Of a DNA stretch of 64,000 nt, positions 10,605 through 20,992 are shown one piece after another; the first letter of the stretch is position 1, and each line of letters begins with the position of its first letter. The position numbers and the translations under genes are program-made. The stretch spans positions 1,398,007 to 1,462,006 of the forward strand of contig CBDEUK010000002.1 in NCBI GenBank assembly GCA_965243205.1, written 5' to 3'. The notes beneath the pieces were generated by a model. That model saw only the letters and a program-made list of their open reading frames with translations, did not search any database and was not told the DNA's origin. Origin of the DNA: Gammaproteobacteria bacterium. Its GTDB lineage: Bacteria; Pseudomonadota; Gammaproteobacteria; Eutrophobiales; Eutrophobiaceae.

Positions 10605-12443
10605 TTAATTTGTAAATCGTTTTATAACATTCAATAATTTTGTATCTTCAGGTGTTTCTTGCAAAGCAGTTTCCCAAACTTTTTTGGCACCTTCTTTATC
10701 ACCTTTTACCCATAATACTTCACCCAAATGGGCTGCGATCTCAGGATCAGCGCGTAAAGCTATTGCTTGTTGTAGGTAATCAATAGCCTCATCTAAACGT
10801 CCCAAGCGATATAAAACCCATCCCATGCTATCCAATATAAAAAAATCTTTAGAGCTTAAATCGTAAGCACGTTTTATATAATCATAGGCCTCTTGATAGC
10901 GTTCGGTTCGATCAGCCAAGGTATACCCTAGAGCATTTAACGCTTGTGAATTATTCGGATCATTTTCTATCACTTGTTTTAAATCAGCTTCTAAGACATC
11001 TAATCGCCCCATTTTTTCAGCTAACATCGCACGAGCATATAACAAATCAGCATCATAACTTTGCTCTAATGCTTCGTTATAAACATCCATCGCTTGATTA
11101 TTAAGCTTCTTATCAATAAGCATTTCAGCTTCGGCCTGTGTAATGATAGTCTGCTCTTGTTTAGAAGATGTTTGAATAGTTTTAAAGTGTTCACGTGAAT
11201 CTTTAATTCTACCTTGCTCTGCAATTAACATCCCTATTCGAATTTGAGAATCAAAATAATGTTGTCCCTTCTGAACTCCACCAAACCAAGTTTCAGCTTC
11301 TTTATAAAGTTTTTGCTCTTGAGTTATGCGTCCTAAATAGTAACCTGCTTCATCAGATTTCACACTGAACTTACTTAGGCGTATAAAGTATGGCTTTGCT
11401 TCTTCTAAACGATTCGCTTGTAGATGTAAAAAAGCTAAGGCATTAACCACATCAATATTTTCAGGGTGTTTGCTATCTAATTCTTCGAAAATCTTTTGTG
11501 CTTCTTCAAAGCGTTGTGCATCAGCAAGTAACCGTGCATGGACCAATTGAAGATTAAAACTTTCTGGCTGCTTTATTAGTTCTTGTTCTAACCATGTAAT
11601 CGCTTGAGTCTTTTTCTCTTGTTTTTGTAACAATGAAACGTAGGTAATTAAGGCACTTTCATTCTTAGGTTCTAACTCAATCACTTTCAATAATAATTGT
11701 TCAGCTTTTTCTAAATCTCCTAAACGCGTAACAACATTGGCATAAGCGAATAAAGCTTTAGGATCAGATTGCCGTTGCTCCATTAAACGTTCCATCACAC
11801 TAACAACCGTCTTTTCGTTTTCCTCACGCCCTAACATATTGGCGATCATCCACAATTTTTGATCAAACTCACCATCACCATTTTCGATAATATCTTCTAA
11901 ATGATTAACTGCTTTCTCGACCTCACCATTACGTATCGCCATAACAGCGAGTATCTGTTGTGCATCCATACTTTTTGGATCAACTTGAAACCAAAGTTCG
12001 GCAGCTTCAGCAGCAGCTTGGTTATCTCTTGCATAGACTGCAATTCTTGCAGCTCGCTCTATAACTTTAGGATCACGTGTCTGACGTGCTAGTTGTAGAT
12101 AATTTTCCACTGAAATATCTAACTTACCCCGATGTCCCGCAATTTCCGCTAGTAACAATTGATATAAAATATCTTGCGTCAATTCAACATCGGGACGTTT
12201 GACTGGATCTTGAGTTTGTATTGCTGTGGGAATTCGAGATTCTGCCTCAGTTTGTTCCACTGACTTCTCAGAGACATGGGCATCTTGCTCGGGAATCGGC
12301 TGCAAGACATTACATGCCGATAGCCAAAAGACAGCCGTTAAAAATAGAATAATCTTAGTTAACACGTTGTTCTCTACCATAATCAGCACCATACGGCGTA
12401 TGGATATAATTGACAATATTTTCATTATAGTTGTTCCAAACAA
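10605..12443 (-). CDS. TPR-repeat lipoprotein
   Basis: Many TPR-like repeats. The real start is probably the ATG at 12380 (MVENNVLTKIILFLTAVFWLSAC, lipobox). Conserved neighbour of lolB and hemA. Confidence 0.8.
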   Translation of the reverse strand: MFGTTIMKILSIISIRRMVLIMVENNVLTKIILFLTAVFWLSACNVLQPIPEQDAHVSEKSVEQTEAESRIPTAIQTQDPVKRPDVELTQDILYQLLLAEIAGHRGKLDISVENYLQLARQTRDPKVIERAARIAVYARDNQAAAEAAELWFQVDPKSMDAQQILAVMAIRNGEVEKAVNHLEDIIENGDGEFDQKLWMIANMLGREENEKTVVSVMERLMEQRQSDPKALFAYANVVTRLGDLEKAEQLLLKVIELEPKNESALITYVSLLQKQEKKTQAITWLEQELIKQPESFNLQLVHARLLADAQRFEEAQKIFEELDSKHPENIDVVNALAFLHLQANRLEEAKPYFIRLSKFSVKSDEAGYYLGRITQEQKLYKEAETWFGGVQKGQHYFDSQIRIGMLIAEQGRIKDSREHFKTIQTSSKQEQTIITQAEAEMLIDKKLNNQAMDVYNEALEQSYDADLLYARAMLAEKMGRLDVLEADLKQVIENDPNNSQALNALGYTLADRTERYQEAYDYIKRAYDLSSKDFFILDSMGWVLYRLGRLDEAIDYLQQAIALRADPEIAAHLGEVLWVKGDKEGAKKVWETALQETPEDTKLLNVIKRFTN

Positions 12444-12557
12444 ATCTCAATATAGATTAGATATCGGCAAGATTCCTGCAGATATTGAACTGATATTTAC
12501 GTCCAATACAGCTACAATGAGGACAAGAGTTATTGCAATGTTAAATGAATTTTATAT

Positions 12558-13838
12558 ATGAGTATCCTAGCACTGGGGATTAACCACACGACTGCTCCCA
12601 TTGAATTACGTGAAAAGTTGAGCATCAATGAGGAAGATCTGCCTTTAGCTTTGAGAGAATTCATAAAGCTCGATCAAGTTAACGAAGCCGCTATTTTATC
12701 AACTTGCAACCGTACTGAGATATATTGCAGTCATGAAGCTATAAAACCAGAAAAGCCGATTGAATGGTTATCCAGTTACCATGGTTTAAATGGACAGGAA
12801 ATAAAACCATTATTTTATACTCACCCAGATTCAGATGCTGTAAAACACTTACTTAGAGTCGCTAGCGGACTGGATTCAATGGTGCTAGGTGAACCTCAAG
12901 TTCTAGGACAACTAAAAAACGCTTATCAAACTGCCCTGGACAGTGGTTATATCGGCAAACATTTAAATCGTCTATTTCAACACTCTTTTCATGTTGCCAA
13001 AGTCATTCGTAGCCAAACAGAAATTGGCGCCCATCCAGTTTCAGTAGCATTTGCTGCTGTACGAATGGCTCAACAAATCTTTGGTGACCTAGAAAAACAA
13101 ACCGTTTTACTGATTGGGGCGGGTGAAACTACAGAACTTGTTGCCAGACATTTACATGATAAAAACTGTCAGAAATTAATCGTAGCAAATAGAACCGTTG
13201 AGCGAGCTCAAAAATTAGCGTCTGAATTTTCCGGCTATGCTATTACGCTATCAGACATACCTAACCATTTGCCTGAAGCCGATATCATCATCACCTCAAC
13301 CGCGAGCCAATTACCAATTTTAGGCAAAGGCGCCATCGAAAGCGCTATTAAAAAACGTAAACATCGACCAGTTTTTATTGTGGATCTGGCCGTTCCTCGC
13401 GACGTCGAACCTGAAGTCGGAAACTTGAACGACGTTTATCTATATACTGTTGATGATTTAAAAGATGTAGTACAAGAAAACTTAAATAACCGTAAACAAG
13501 CGGCGATTCAGGCGGAACAAATTATTGATACTCAAGTGAATGAGTTTATGGATTGGTTCAATTCACTTACAGCAATCTCAACCATTACCTCACTTCGAGA
13601 ACATGCTGAAAAAATTCAATCCGAAACCACTGAATGGGCTTTAAAACGTATCCAAGAAGGAGCCGATGCAGAGTCCATCGTCAAAGAAACAACTCGTTTA
13701 CTGACCAATAAATTAATTCATAAACCCAGCAGTCAATTACGCGAGGCCAGTGCTGATGGCCGTGAGGATCTGCTTGCGGCTGCCCATGAATTATTTTCTC
13801 TCTCACCAGAAACTAAAAAACCGACCAAAAAAGATTAG
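12558..13838 (+). CDS. hemA: glutamyl-tRNA reductase
   Basis: LSTCNRTEIY catalytic-Cys block and GAGETTELVARHL NADPH site. Confidence 0.95.
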   Translation: MSILALGINHTTAPIELREKLSINEEDLPLALREFIKLDQVNEAAILSTCNRTEIYCSHEAIKPEKPIEWLSSYHGLNGQEIKPLFYTHPDSDAVKHLLRVASGLDSMVLGEPQVLGQLKNAYQTALDSGYIGKHLNRLFQHSFHVAKVIRSQTEIGAHPVSVAFAAVRMAQQIFGDLEKQTVLLIGAGETTELVARHLHDKNCQKLIVANRTVERAQKLASEFSGYAITLSDIPNHLPEADIIITSTASQLPILGKGAIESAIKKRKHRPVFIVDLAVPRDVEPEVGNLNDVYLYTVDDLKDVVQENLNNRKQAAIQAEQIIDTQVNEFMDWFNSLTAISTITSLREHAEKIQSETTEWALKRIQEGADAESIVKETTRLLTNKLIHKPSSQLREASADGREDLLAAAHELFSLSPETKKPTKKD

Positions 13839-13896
13839 CTCATCTGCTAATCGCTGTTTAGAATCCGCTATCCGATTAAAGGTGCCATAAACCAAC

Positions 13897-14979
13897 ATGA
13901 AACAAAGTCTGTTAGATAAATTAGAAAAACTTGATGAACGTCTGATTGAAATTGATGCGTTAATGTCCGATCCCGATACAATTAACAATCAAAATAAATT
14001 TCGTGAAATCTCCAAAGAACGAGCAGAAATTGATCCTATTGTTCAATGTTTTAAAAACTATAGAGGTGTAACGGATACTATTGAGACCGCCAAGGAAATG
14101 TTAAAAGATGGCGATGCTGAAATACGCGAAATGGCGCAAGAAGAATTGAAAGAAGCGCAAACACAAAACGAAGAATTGGAACTCGAATTACAAAAACTAT
14201 TACTTCCCAAAGACCCAGCCGATAACAGTAATATCTTTTTAGAAATACGTGCAGGCACAGGTGGTGAAGAAGCTGCTTTATTCTCAGGTGATTTAATGCG
14301 TATGTATACACGTTATGCTGAAAGCCGCAAATGGCAAATAGAAGTCATTAATTTGGCTGAAAGTGATTTGGCTGGTTATAAAGAAATCATTTTACGTGTG
14401 ATCGGTGAAGGTGCTTATTCACGTTTAAAATTTGAATCTGGCGCTCATCGCGTACAACGCGTTCCTGAAACGGAATCACAAGGCCGTATCCATACTTCAG
14501 CATGTACTGTCGCCGTGTTACCTGAATTGGATGAAGTTGAAGAGATTGATATCAATCCTGCCGATTTACGCATTGATACCTTTCGTGCTTCAGGCGCTGG
14601 AGGACAACATGTCAACAAAACTGATTCGGCGATTCGCATTACTCATATTCCGACCAACACTGTTGTTGAATGCCAAGACGAACGTTCACAACATAAAAAC
14701 AAAGCACGTGCGATGTCTTTATTATCCGCTCGATTGATGAATGCTGAACGTGAAAAACAATCTTCCGAGCAAGCAGAAAATCGTCGTAACCTTGTAGGCA
14801 GTGGCGATCGTTCAGAACGCATTCGTACTTACAACTACCCACAAGGCCGTATTACTGATCATCGTATTAATTTAACCGTGTATAAACTCGATGAATTTAT
14901 GGAAGGCAGTTTGGATATGATCATTGAACCATTGATTAACGAGTATCAAGCGGATCAACTTGCGACATTAAATGAATAA
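13897..14979 (+). CDS. prfA: peptide chain release factor 1
   Basis: [14 protein letters not shown] motif and a PxT-type block (VPETES). Confidence 0.96.
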   Translation: MKQSLLDKLEKLDERLIEIDALMSDPDTINNQNKFREISKERAEIDPIVQCFKNYRGVTDTIETAKEMLKDGDAEIREMAQEELKEAQTQNEELELELQKLLLPKDPADNSNIFLEIRAGTGGEEAALFSGDLMRMYTRYAESRKWQIEVINLAESDLAGYKEIILRVIGEGAYSRLKFESGAHRVQRVPETESQGRIHTSACTVAVLPELDEVEEIDINPADLRIDTFRASGAGGQHVNKTDSAIRITHIPTNTVVECQDERSQHKNKARAMSLLSARLMNAEREKQSSEQAENRRNLVGSGDRSERIRTYNYPQGRITDHRINLTVYKLDEFMEGSLDMIIEPLINEYQADQLATLNE

Positions 14980-14984
14980 ATATT

Positions 14985-15824
14985 TTGTCTGCATCTATAT
15001 CATCATTGCTAAACACGGCCATTGAAACACTTTCATCAAGCGACTCTGCTCGGATAGACGCTGAAATATTATTAATGCATGTAATCGATAAAGATCGTAG
15101 CTATATTTACGCCCACAGCGAAGATTTTCTTGAACCTTCTCAAATCAACACCTTTGATAACCTAATCCAACAAAGATCCAAAGGTGTGCCTATAGCTTAT
15201 TTAACAGGTACAAAAGAATTCTGGTCTCGAAAATTTCATGTCACAAAAGACACCTTAATTCCAAGACCAGAAACTGAACTACTCATAGAAACCGTTTTAA
15301 AACTTGCCAATAAAAATGACGAGTTAAATATCCTTGATTTAGGTACAGGTACTGGTGCAATAGCAATTACTTTAGCCAAAGAATTACCACTAGCATCACT
15401 AACTGCTACAGATATATCTTTTCATACATTAAACGTTGCAAAACGCAATGCTGAATATCATCAAATCAATAATATTGATCTCCATGTCAGTGATTGGTTT
15501 AGTCATATTAAAGATAAGACATTTAATTTTATCATTAGTAATCCACCTTATATCAGTGAATCTGATCCACATTTACAACAAGGGGATGTACAGTTTGAAC
15601 CAATCAGTGCATTAACATCAGGCAAAAATGGTTTAGATGATCTAACGACGATTATTACTCAAGCACAGAATTATTTAGAGTCAGATGGTTATTTACTCGT
15701 TGAACACGGTTTTCAACAAGGCAAAGATGTTACGATTTTAATGGAACAAGAAAATTATCAATCTATACATGCATTATATGATTTAGCCGGTCATCATAGA
15801 GCGACAATGGCTATGAAAAAATAA
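14985..15824 (+). CDS. prmC: release-factor glutamine N5-methyltransferase
   Basis: TTG start. LDLGTGTGAIA SAM site and NPPY motif (ISNPPYI). Confidence 0.92.
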   Translation: MSASISSLLNTAIETLSSSDSARIDAEILLMHVIDKDRSYIYAHSEDFLEPSQINTFDNLIQQRSKGVPIAYLTGTKEFWSRKFHVTKDTLIPRPETELLIETVLKLANKNDELNILDLGTGTGAIAITLAKELPLASLTATDISFHTLNVAKRNAEYHQINNIDLHVSDWFSHIKDKTFNFIISNPPYISESDPHLQQGDVQFEPISALTSGKNGLDDLTTIITQAQNYLESDGYLLVEHGFQQGKDVTILMEQENYQSIHALYDLAGHHRATMAMKK

Positions 15825-15845
15825 TCAGCACGGTATGATCCTAAT

Positions 15846-16589
15846 ATGAACGAAGAACAATTATTACGATACAGCCGACAAATGATGTTGCCAGAGATTG
15901 ATGCTGCAGGTCAGTTAAGACTTGCTGATAGCAAAGTATTAATCATAGGCTTGGGCGGACTTGGATCTTCGGCATCCATGTATTTATGCAGCGGCGGCGT
16001 TGGTGAACTAAGCTTAGTCGATTTTGACACCGTTGAGTTATCCAACCTGCAACGTCAAATTGTTCATACCACACTTAATATTGGTAAACCCAAAGTTGAA
16101 TCAGCCAAAACTCAACTTAATGCTATCAATCCTGATATCCATATTAATACCATCAATAAAAAATTAGAATTTGATGAACTCTCAGCTCTCATTCAACAAC
16201 ATGATCTCGTACTAGATTGTTCAGATAATTTTCAAACCCGTTTTGAAATTAACAAAGCCTGTGTGACTCATAAAAAACCTTTAGTTTCTGCAGCAGCAAT
16301 TCGTTTTGAAGCACAAGTAAGCGTGTTTGATCTAAGAAACGAAACCTCACCATGTTATCGTTGTTTATATGATGAAACTTCTTTTACCGATCAAACCTGT
16401 ACGGCCAATGGCGTGATTGCACCTTTGTTAGGTATTGTTGGTAGCATTCAAGCTTTGGAAGCAATGAAGTTGATAATGGATATTGGTGAAGTACTTATTG
16501 GAAAATTACTGTTGTTCGATGCCTTATCGATGGAATGGCATGTTGCTAAACTCAATAAAGATACATCTTGTCCAATTTGTAGTTCTTAA
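15846..16589 (+). CDS. moeB: molybdopterin-synthase adenylyltransferase (ThiF/MoeB E1-like)
   Basis: RYSRQ..., GLGGLGS nucleotide loop and two CxxC pairs (CYRC, CPIC). Conserved position after prmC. Confidence 0.85.
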   Translation: MNEEQLLRYSRQMMLPEIDAAGQLRLADSKVLIIGLGGLGSSASMYLCSGGVGELSLVDFDTVELSNLQRQIVHTTLNIGKPKVESAKTQLNAINPDIHINTINKKLEFDELSALIQQHDLVLDCSDNFQTRFEINKACVTHKKPLVSAAAIRFEAQVSVFDLRNETSPCYRCLYDETSFTDQTCTANGVIAPLLGIVGSIQALEAMKLIMDIGEVLIGKLLLFDALSMEWHVAKLNKDTSCPICSS

Positions 16590-16606
16590 GACCAAGCTAA
16601 TAGTAT

Positions 16607-17560
16607 ATGAAGTACGACAACAGTCTTGACGCATTAATCAAACCTGGTAGTTCTGATCATTTTTTTCAATTTGAAACTTTTCCTCACTTATATTTAAACA
16701 GTCATCAGTTTGAAACCAGTAATGCGTGTTTATTAGCTGAACTGTGTCGTTTAATATATCGTAATGATCAATCGATTTATTCTGGATCAGAAAAAATTTC
16801 TTTTCTGAATACTGTTTTAAAATCCGTTAACATCGAGTGGCTTGATTGTTTTCAAAATGATGAACATTCTGTTTATGCATGGTTATTAAAAACTTCCGCT
16901 TATGACATACAAAAAAAACAAACAGTAGATTGTTTAATATTAATCTTTCGTGGCAGTAACAGCATTGATAATTGGAAACTCAATGCCAATGCAAAACTAA
17001 CTTCTCATCACACTCAAGGAAATGTTCATCAAGGATTTCTAAAAGCATTCGAGTCTATAAAAAAATTATTAGACAAGAGCGATGACTTGCATAAACTTCC
17101 AATTATTGTAGCAGGTCACAGTTTGGGAGCAGCGCTTGCCTTATTAACCATGGCTGAGTTTCAAACACATTTTTCGTTTGATAGTTGTTATTCTTTTGGT
17201 TCACCTAAAATTGGTGACCGTAGTTTTATAGAAACATTAGAATCAAATGATATATATCGAATTATTAATCGAAACGACATCATCACGATGCTGCCGTTTG
17301 ATTTTTTAAACTCTCAATATCAGCACGTAGGTGAATCACATTATTTTACGGAAGAAAAACATTTCATTGGTTATCTCGAAGACAGCATCTTTTCGATGCA
17401 GCAAGATGATTTACCGAATATAAAAAAAATAAACTCTATTGAAGGTTTTCTTTTAATGTTTAAAAACCTCGAGCGGGATATACCGACTTATCTATCAGAT
17501 CATGCTCCGATTAACTATTTAGTAAGACTCAATAAACAGTTCGAATCTTTAAAAAACTAG
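16607..17560 (+). CDS. class 3 (fungal-type) lipase-family alpha/beta hydrolase, no signal peptide
   Basis: Nucleophile elbow GHSLGAALA preceded by ILIFRGSNS, which is the layout of the Lipase_3 family. Confidence 0.75.
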   Translation: MKYDNSLDALIKPGSSDHFFQFETFPHLYLNSHQFETSNACLLAELCRLIYRNDQSIYSGSEKISFLNTVLKSVNIEWLDCFQNDEHSVYAWLLKTSAYDIQKKQTVDCLILIFRGSNSIDNWKLNANAKLTSHHTQGNVHQGFLKAFESIKKLLDKSDDLHKLPIIVAGHSLGAALALLTMAEFQTHFSFDSCYSFGSPKIGDRSFIETLESNDIYRIINRNDIITMLPFDFLNSQYQHVGESHYFTEEKHFIGYLEDSIFSMQQDDLPNIKKINSIEGFLLMFKNLERDIPTYLSDHAPINYLVRLNKQFESLKN

Positions 17561-17567
17561 ACGTTGC

Positions 17568-18968
17568 TTAAACCGCCATATCCAATTCTTTGATCTTACG
17601 TGTCAGAGTATTTCTTCCCCAACCTAATAACTTCGCTGCATCTTGGCGTCGACCACCAGTTTTTTGTAAGGCGACATCAATCATAATTTTTTCAAACATA
17701 GGCACTGCTTCAGACAATATATCGGAATTACCTTTCGATAAACTTTGCTCTACCCAACGACGTAAGCCACTTTGCCAATCACCATCTTCGGTCCTAGTTT
17801 GTTCATGATCTTTTAATTCTGGTGGTAAGTCTTCGATATGAATCTCATGTCCAGAAGCCATTACTGTTATCCAACGACAAAAGTTCTCTAACTGTCTGAC
17901 ATTACCTGGCCACTCTAATGCATTTAAAAATTCCTGAGTCTCCGGCATGATCATTTTAGAATCGATCTTTAATTCATTCGCTGATGCACGTAAAAAATGA
18001 TCAGTTAATTCAGAGATATCTTCTCGACGTTCGCGTAATGGTGGTACATGTACACGAATAACATTCAAACGATGAAATAAATCTTCTCTAAACTCACCTG
18101 AATTAACACGGTTTTCTAAATTTTGATGAGTCGCTGCAATGATTCGCACATCCGAACGTATTGGCATATGCCCACCAACTCGATAAAACTCACCATCCGC
18201 CAACACACGCAGTAAACGAGTTTGTAAATCCGCAGGCATATCACCGATTTCATCTAAAAATAGTGTTCCGCCATTGGCTTGTTGAAAACGACCAACCCTT
18301 TGGCTCGTCGCGCCTGTAAATGCACCTTTTTCATGACCAAACAATTCAGATTCTAATAATTCTTTAGGAATCGCTGCAGTATTTAATGCTATGAATGGGT
18401 TTTCCGCACGTGGACTGTGTTGATGTAAGGCCTTTGCGACTAATTCTTTTCCAGTACCAGATTCACCTGTAATCAGAACCGTTAAGTTTGAACTGGATAA
18501 TCGGCCTATTGCTCTGAATACCTCTTGCATTGCTGGCGCTGAACCTAAGATTTCCTTATCAGTATCATCACTTTTTTTGGGCAAACTGGTTTCTATAAGT
18601 TCACGTTCTGCTAAGGCTCTTTGTACAAGGTTAACTAATTCATCAATATCAAATGGTTTAGAAAGATATTCGAACGCACCACCTTGAAATGCCGAGACCG
18701 CTCTATCTAAATCGGAATACGCAGTCATGATGATGACTGGTACATTTGGAGCCATATCTTTAATTTGACCTAATAATTCAATGCCATCGGTATCAGGCAT
18801 GCGAATATCAGAGATAATCGCTTGCGGGCAGCTACTTTTAAGTTGTTCTAAAACATGGTTACCATTCTCAAAACTCATAGTCTTTATTTCAGCCTTTTCG
18901 AGGGCTTTTTCTAATACCCAGCGAATTGACCGATCATCATCAACGACCCAAACTTCCTGCTTACTCAT
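17568..18968 (-). CDS. glnG: nitrogen regulation response regulator NtrC (sigma54 activator)
   Basis: Start set at MSKQEVWVVDDDRSIRWVLEKAL, whose ATG overlaps the ntrB stop (ATGAGTAA). AAA+ motifs GESGTGKE and GAFTGA; C-terminal HTH. Confidence 0.93.
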   Translation of the reverse strand: MSKQEVWVVDDDRSIRWVLEKALEKAEIKTMSFENGNHVLEQLKSSCPQAIISDIRMPDTDGIELLGQIKDMAPNVPVIIMTAYSDLDRAVSAFQGGAFEYLSKPFDIDELVNLVQRALAERELIETSLPKKSDDTDKEILGSAPAMQEVFRAIGRLSSSNLTVLITGESGTGKELVAKALHQHSPRAENPFIALNTAAIPKELLESELFGHEKGAFTGATSQRVGRFQQANGGTLFLDEIGDMPADLQTRLLRVLADGEFYRVGGHMPIRSDVRIIAATHQNLENRVNSGEFREDLFHRLNVIRVHVPPLRERREDISELTDHFLRASANELKIDSKMIMPETQEFLNALEWPGNVRQLENFCRWITVMASGHEIHIEDLPPELKDHEQTRTEDGDWQSGLRRWVEQSLSKGNSDILSEAVPMFEKIMIDVALQKTGGRRQDAAKLLGWGRNTLTRKIKELDMAV

Positions 18969-20031
18969 CTGTTGAATCTCTCCATGGAATGAGGACGGTG
19001 AAAGTGGTTTTATGTTGGTTGCGATTGTATTCAATGATTCCTCCATGCTTTTGTACAAGCGATTGGGCGATTGGAAGTCCAAGACCAGTGCCCTCTGCTC
19101 GGGTAGTGATCATTGGGTAAAAAATTCTATCAACAAGGTTTTCATCTACGCCTGGGCCATCATCGATAATGTCTATTCTGATGCAAAGTTTATGCAATTG
19201 ATGTGCGATAGTGACTTTATGCGTAGCCCTGGTTTTTATAATGATTTGGCCTTGATTATTAACAGCCTGATTAGCGTTACGTAGTAAATTTAAAAATACT
19301 TGCACCAAACTTTCCCGATCGACAAATATTTCGGGCAAACTTGGATCATAATCAGAGATAAACTGACTACTGATATCTTTCTCTGCATGAAGCAAATGCA
19401 GTACATATTGTAATATTTCGTGAATATTCTCTTCAGCAAATGAAAGTTCTTTATCCGGCGTTAAAATTTTATCGACTAAGTTACGTAACCTATCGGCTTC
19501 ATTGATAACAATATCGGTATACTCTTTCAGCCCATCTTCTTCTAACTCTTGCCTTAACAATTGCGCAGCACCACGAATACCACCCAGTGGATTCTTAATT
19601 TCATGAGCTAATGCCCTGCCCAGTTCTTTCGTGGTTAAATTTTGAGAAATCAATGTTTCCTCACGAGCAATTCGGTTATAAAAATTACTATTCGTCATCT
19701 CGACCAACACATGTTTGCCTGACTTTTTAACGTTTATAGGCGTAAAGACACAGTCAACTGTAATCTTTTTCTCATTCAACAATTCAATTTCCATAGCCCA
19801 CTCGGAGTACGGAGAACCTGTTTCAAACGACCGTTGTAGTAATCCAGAAAATGCATTCTTTCCAGGAATGATGTGTTCAACTTTCATCCCTTTCATCTGG
19901 CGCTGACTAACAGACAGCAAATCTTCTGCAGCAGCATTCATGAGGCCTAGACGAAATGCTTCATCAAATAACAACACAGCGGTTGTTAGATGCTCGCCAA
20001 CTACTCCTGCTAAAGCCCCAGAATTAAACAT
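18961..20031 (-). CDS. glnL: nitrogen regulation sensor histidine kinase NtrB
   Basis: N-terminal PAS domain, H-box LAHEIKNPLGGIRG, and N and G boxes. Confidence 0.92.
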   Translation of the reverse strand: MFNSGALAGVVGEHLTTAVLLFDEAFRLGLMNAAAEDLLSVSQRQMKGMKVEHIIPGKNAFSGLLQRSFETGSPYSEWAMEIELLNEKKITVDCVFTPINVKKSGKHVLVEMTNSNFYNRIAREETLISQNLTTKELGRALAHEIKNPLGGIRGAAQLLRQELEEDGLKEYTDIVINEADRLRNLVDKILTPDKELSFAEENIHEILQYVLHLLHAEKDISSQFISDYDPSLPEIFVDRESLVQVFLNLLRNANQAVNNQGQIIIKTRATHKVTIAHQLHKLCIRIDIIDDGPGVDENLVDRIFYPMITTRAEGTGLGLPIAQSLVQKHGGIIEYNRNQHKTTFTVLIPWRDSTDE

Positions 20032-20045
20032 AACTCATATATTAT

Positions 20046-20062
20046 TGCACCAAATTAGTGCG
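20046..20062. promoter_or_regulatory. NtrC-box-like palindrome TGCACCAAATTAGTGCG just upstream of ntrB
   Basis: Matches 12 of 14 defined positions of TGCACCA-N3-TGGTGCA. Lies 15-31 nt upstream of the ntrB ATG. Confidence 0.55.
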
Positions 20063-20224
20063 AATTATAGATATTTATTTAGTATTTACAGATTCAGCTT
20101 ATTTTTTTACTAATAAATTCAATGATTTAAAAAACATAAAAAAATAGCTAATTACTCTATATCATAAAGAGCAATAACTAGACCATATTGGGGCAAGCTT
20201 GGTCTGATTGATGGATGGAAGTAA

Positions 20225-20806
20225 TTAGTTGGTGGGGCGATTAATGATTGAAATGCGCTGTAAATGCACAGTAACACTATTGGATTCAAAGATACTTTTA
20301 CCAGCAGCAGATTTAATTTTAGCTTGTAAGGTGTGAGTACCACGATCTACATTTGCTAAATCGAAAGATAATTGACGACCGCTTGCTACTTCAGCTCCGT
20401 CCATATACAACGCCACAGTATCATTACCACGCAACTCAGGCTCCAACGTTAATAATATTGTCATTGCCCCTGTATTTTCTCGAATATTTTCATCGTTTTT
20501 AGGACTCACAATGCTGAAATTATTGTATTTTGGTAATTCTTTTATCGTATTGGATGCAGAGCCAGCAGGAGCTGCACCGACATTTTCTCTAGGCACTGTT
20601 TGAATATCTTGAATGATAATTTTTTCTGCATTCTTCGATGGTTGATCAGAAAACACAGGATTACCGTCTTTATCACGAGTGACAAAGATCTCAGTAGCAA
20701 TAGCGTTGATTGATAGAGAGACAGCAATGATAGATAGACCAATACAACAAATACCTTTGTTAAATCGTGTTTTCATAAATGCTTTGTCTCTGCTATTTGA
20801 ATTCAT
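20225..20806 (-). CDS. DUF4124-like secreted protein
   Basis: Signal peptide, then IFVTRDKDGNPVFSDQP, a DUF4124-type N-terminal block. The start may be the second ATG at 20776. Confidence 0.7.
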   Translation of the reverse strand: MNSNSRDKAFMKTRFNKGICCIGLSIIAVSLSINAIATEIFVTRDKDGNPVFSDQPSKNAEKIIIQDIQTVPRENVGAAPAGSASNTIKELPKYNNFSIVSPKNDENIRENTGAMTILLTLEPELRGNDTVALYMDGAEVASGRQLSFDLANVDRGTHTLQAKIKSAAGKSIFESNSVTVHLQRISIINRPTN

Positions 20807-20992
20807 GGATCTTAATTGACCTTTGTTAAGTACACAAATAGTAAGACGAAAATAAATACATAAGGTTTCATTAAATAATCGAATAAAATTATTAACTTAT
20901 AGTGATATTTACTTTCTTTTCAGTCTGCTCTCACCTACTATTTTAACTATTGATACATTAATCTTACTTATCAATATTAAGAGGTCTTAAGT

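Noticed and set aside
15846-17560. ThiF/MoeB E1-like enzyme next to a lipase as a possible ubiquitin-like or CBASS-type defence module
   Set aside because: The 247-aa MoeB sits in its conserved housekeeping position after prmC. It has no JAB, E2, cyclase or Ubl partner, so the adjacency to the lipase is most simply coincidental.
17568-19082. 504-aa version of NtrC with a 38-aa N-terminal extension
   Set aside because: The extension overlaps the 3' end of ntrB and has no receiver-domain similarity. The ATG at 18968 (MSKQEVWVVDDD) overlaps the ntrB stop as ATGAGTAA and matches the canonical NtrC N-terminus.
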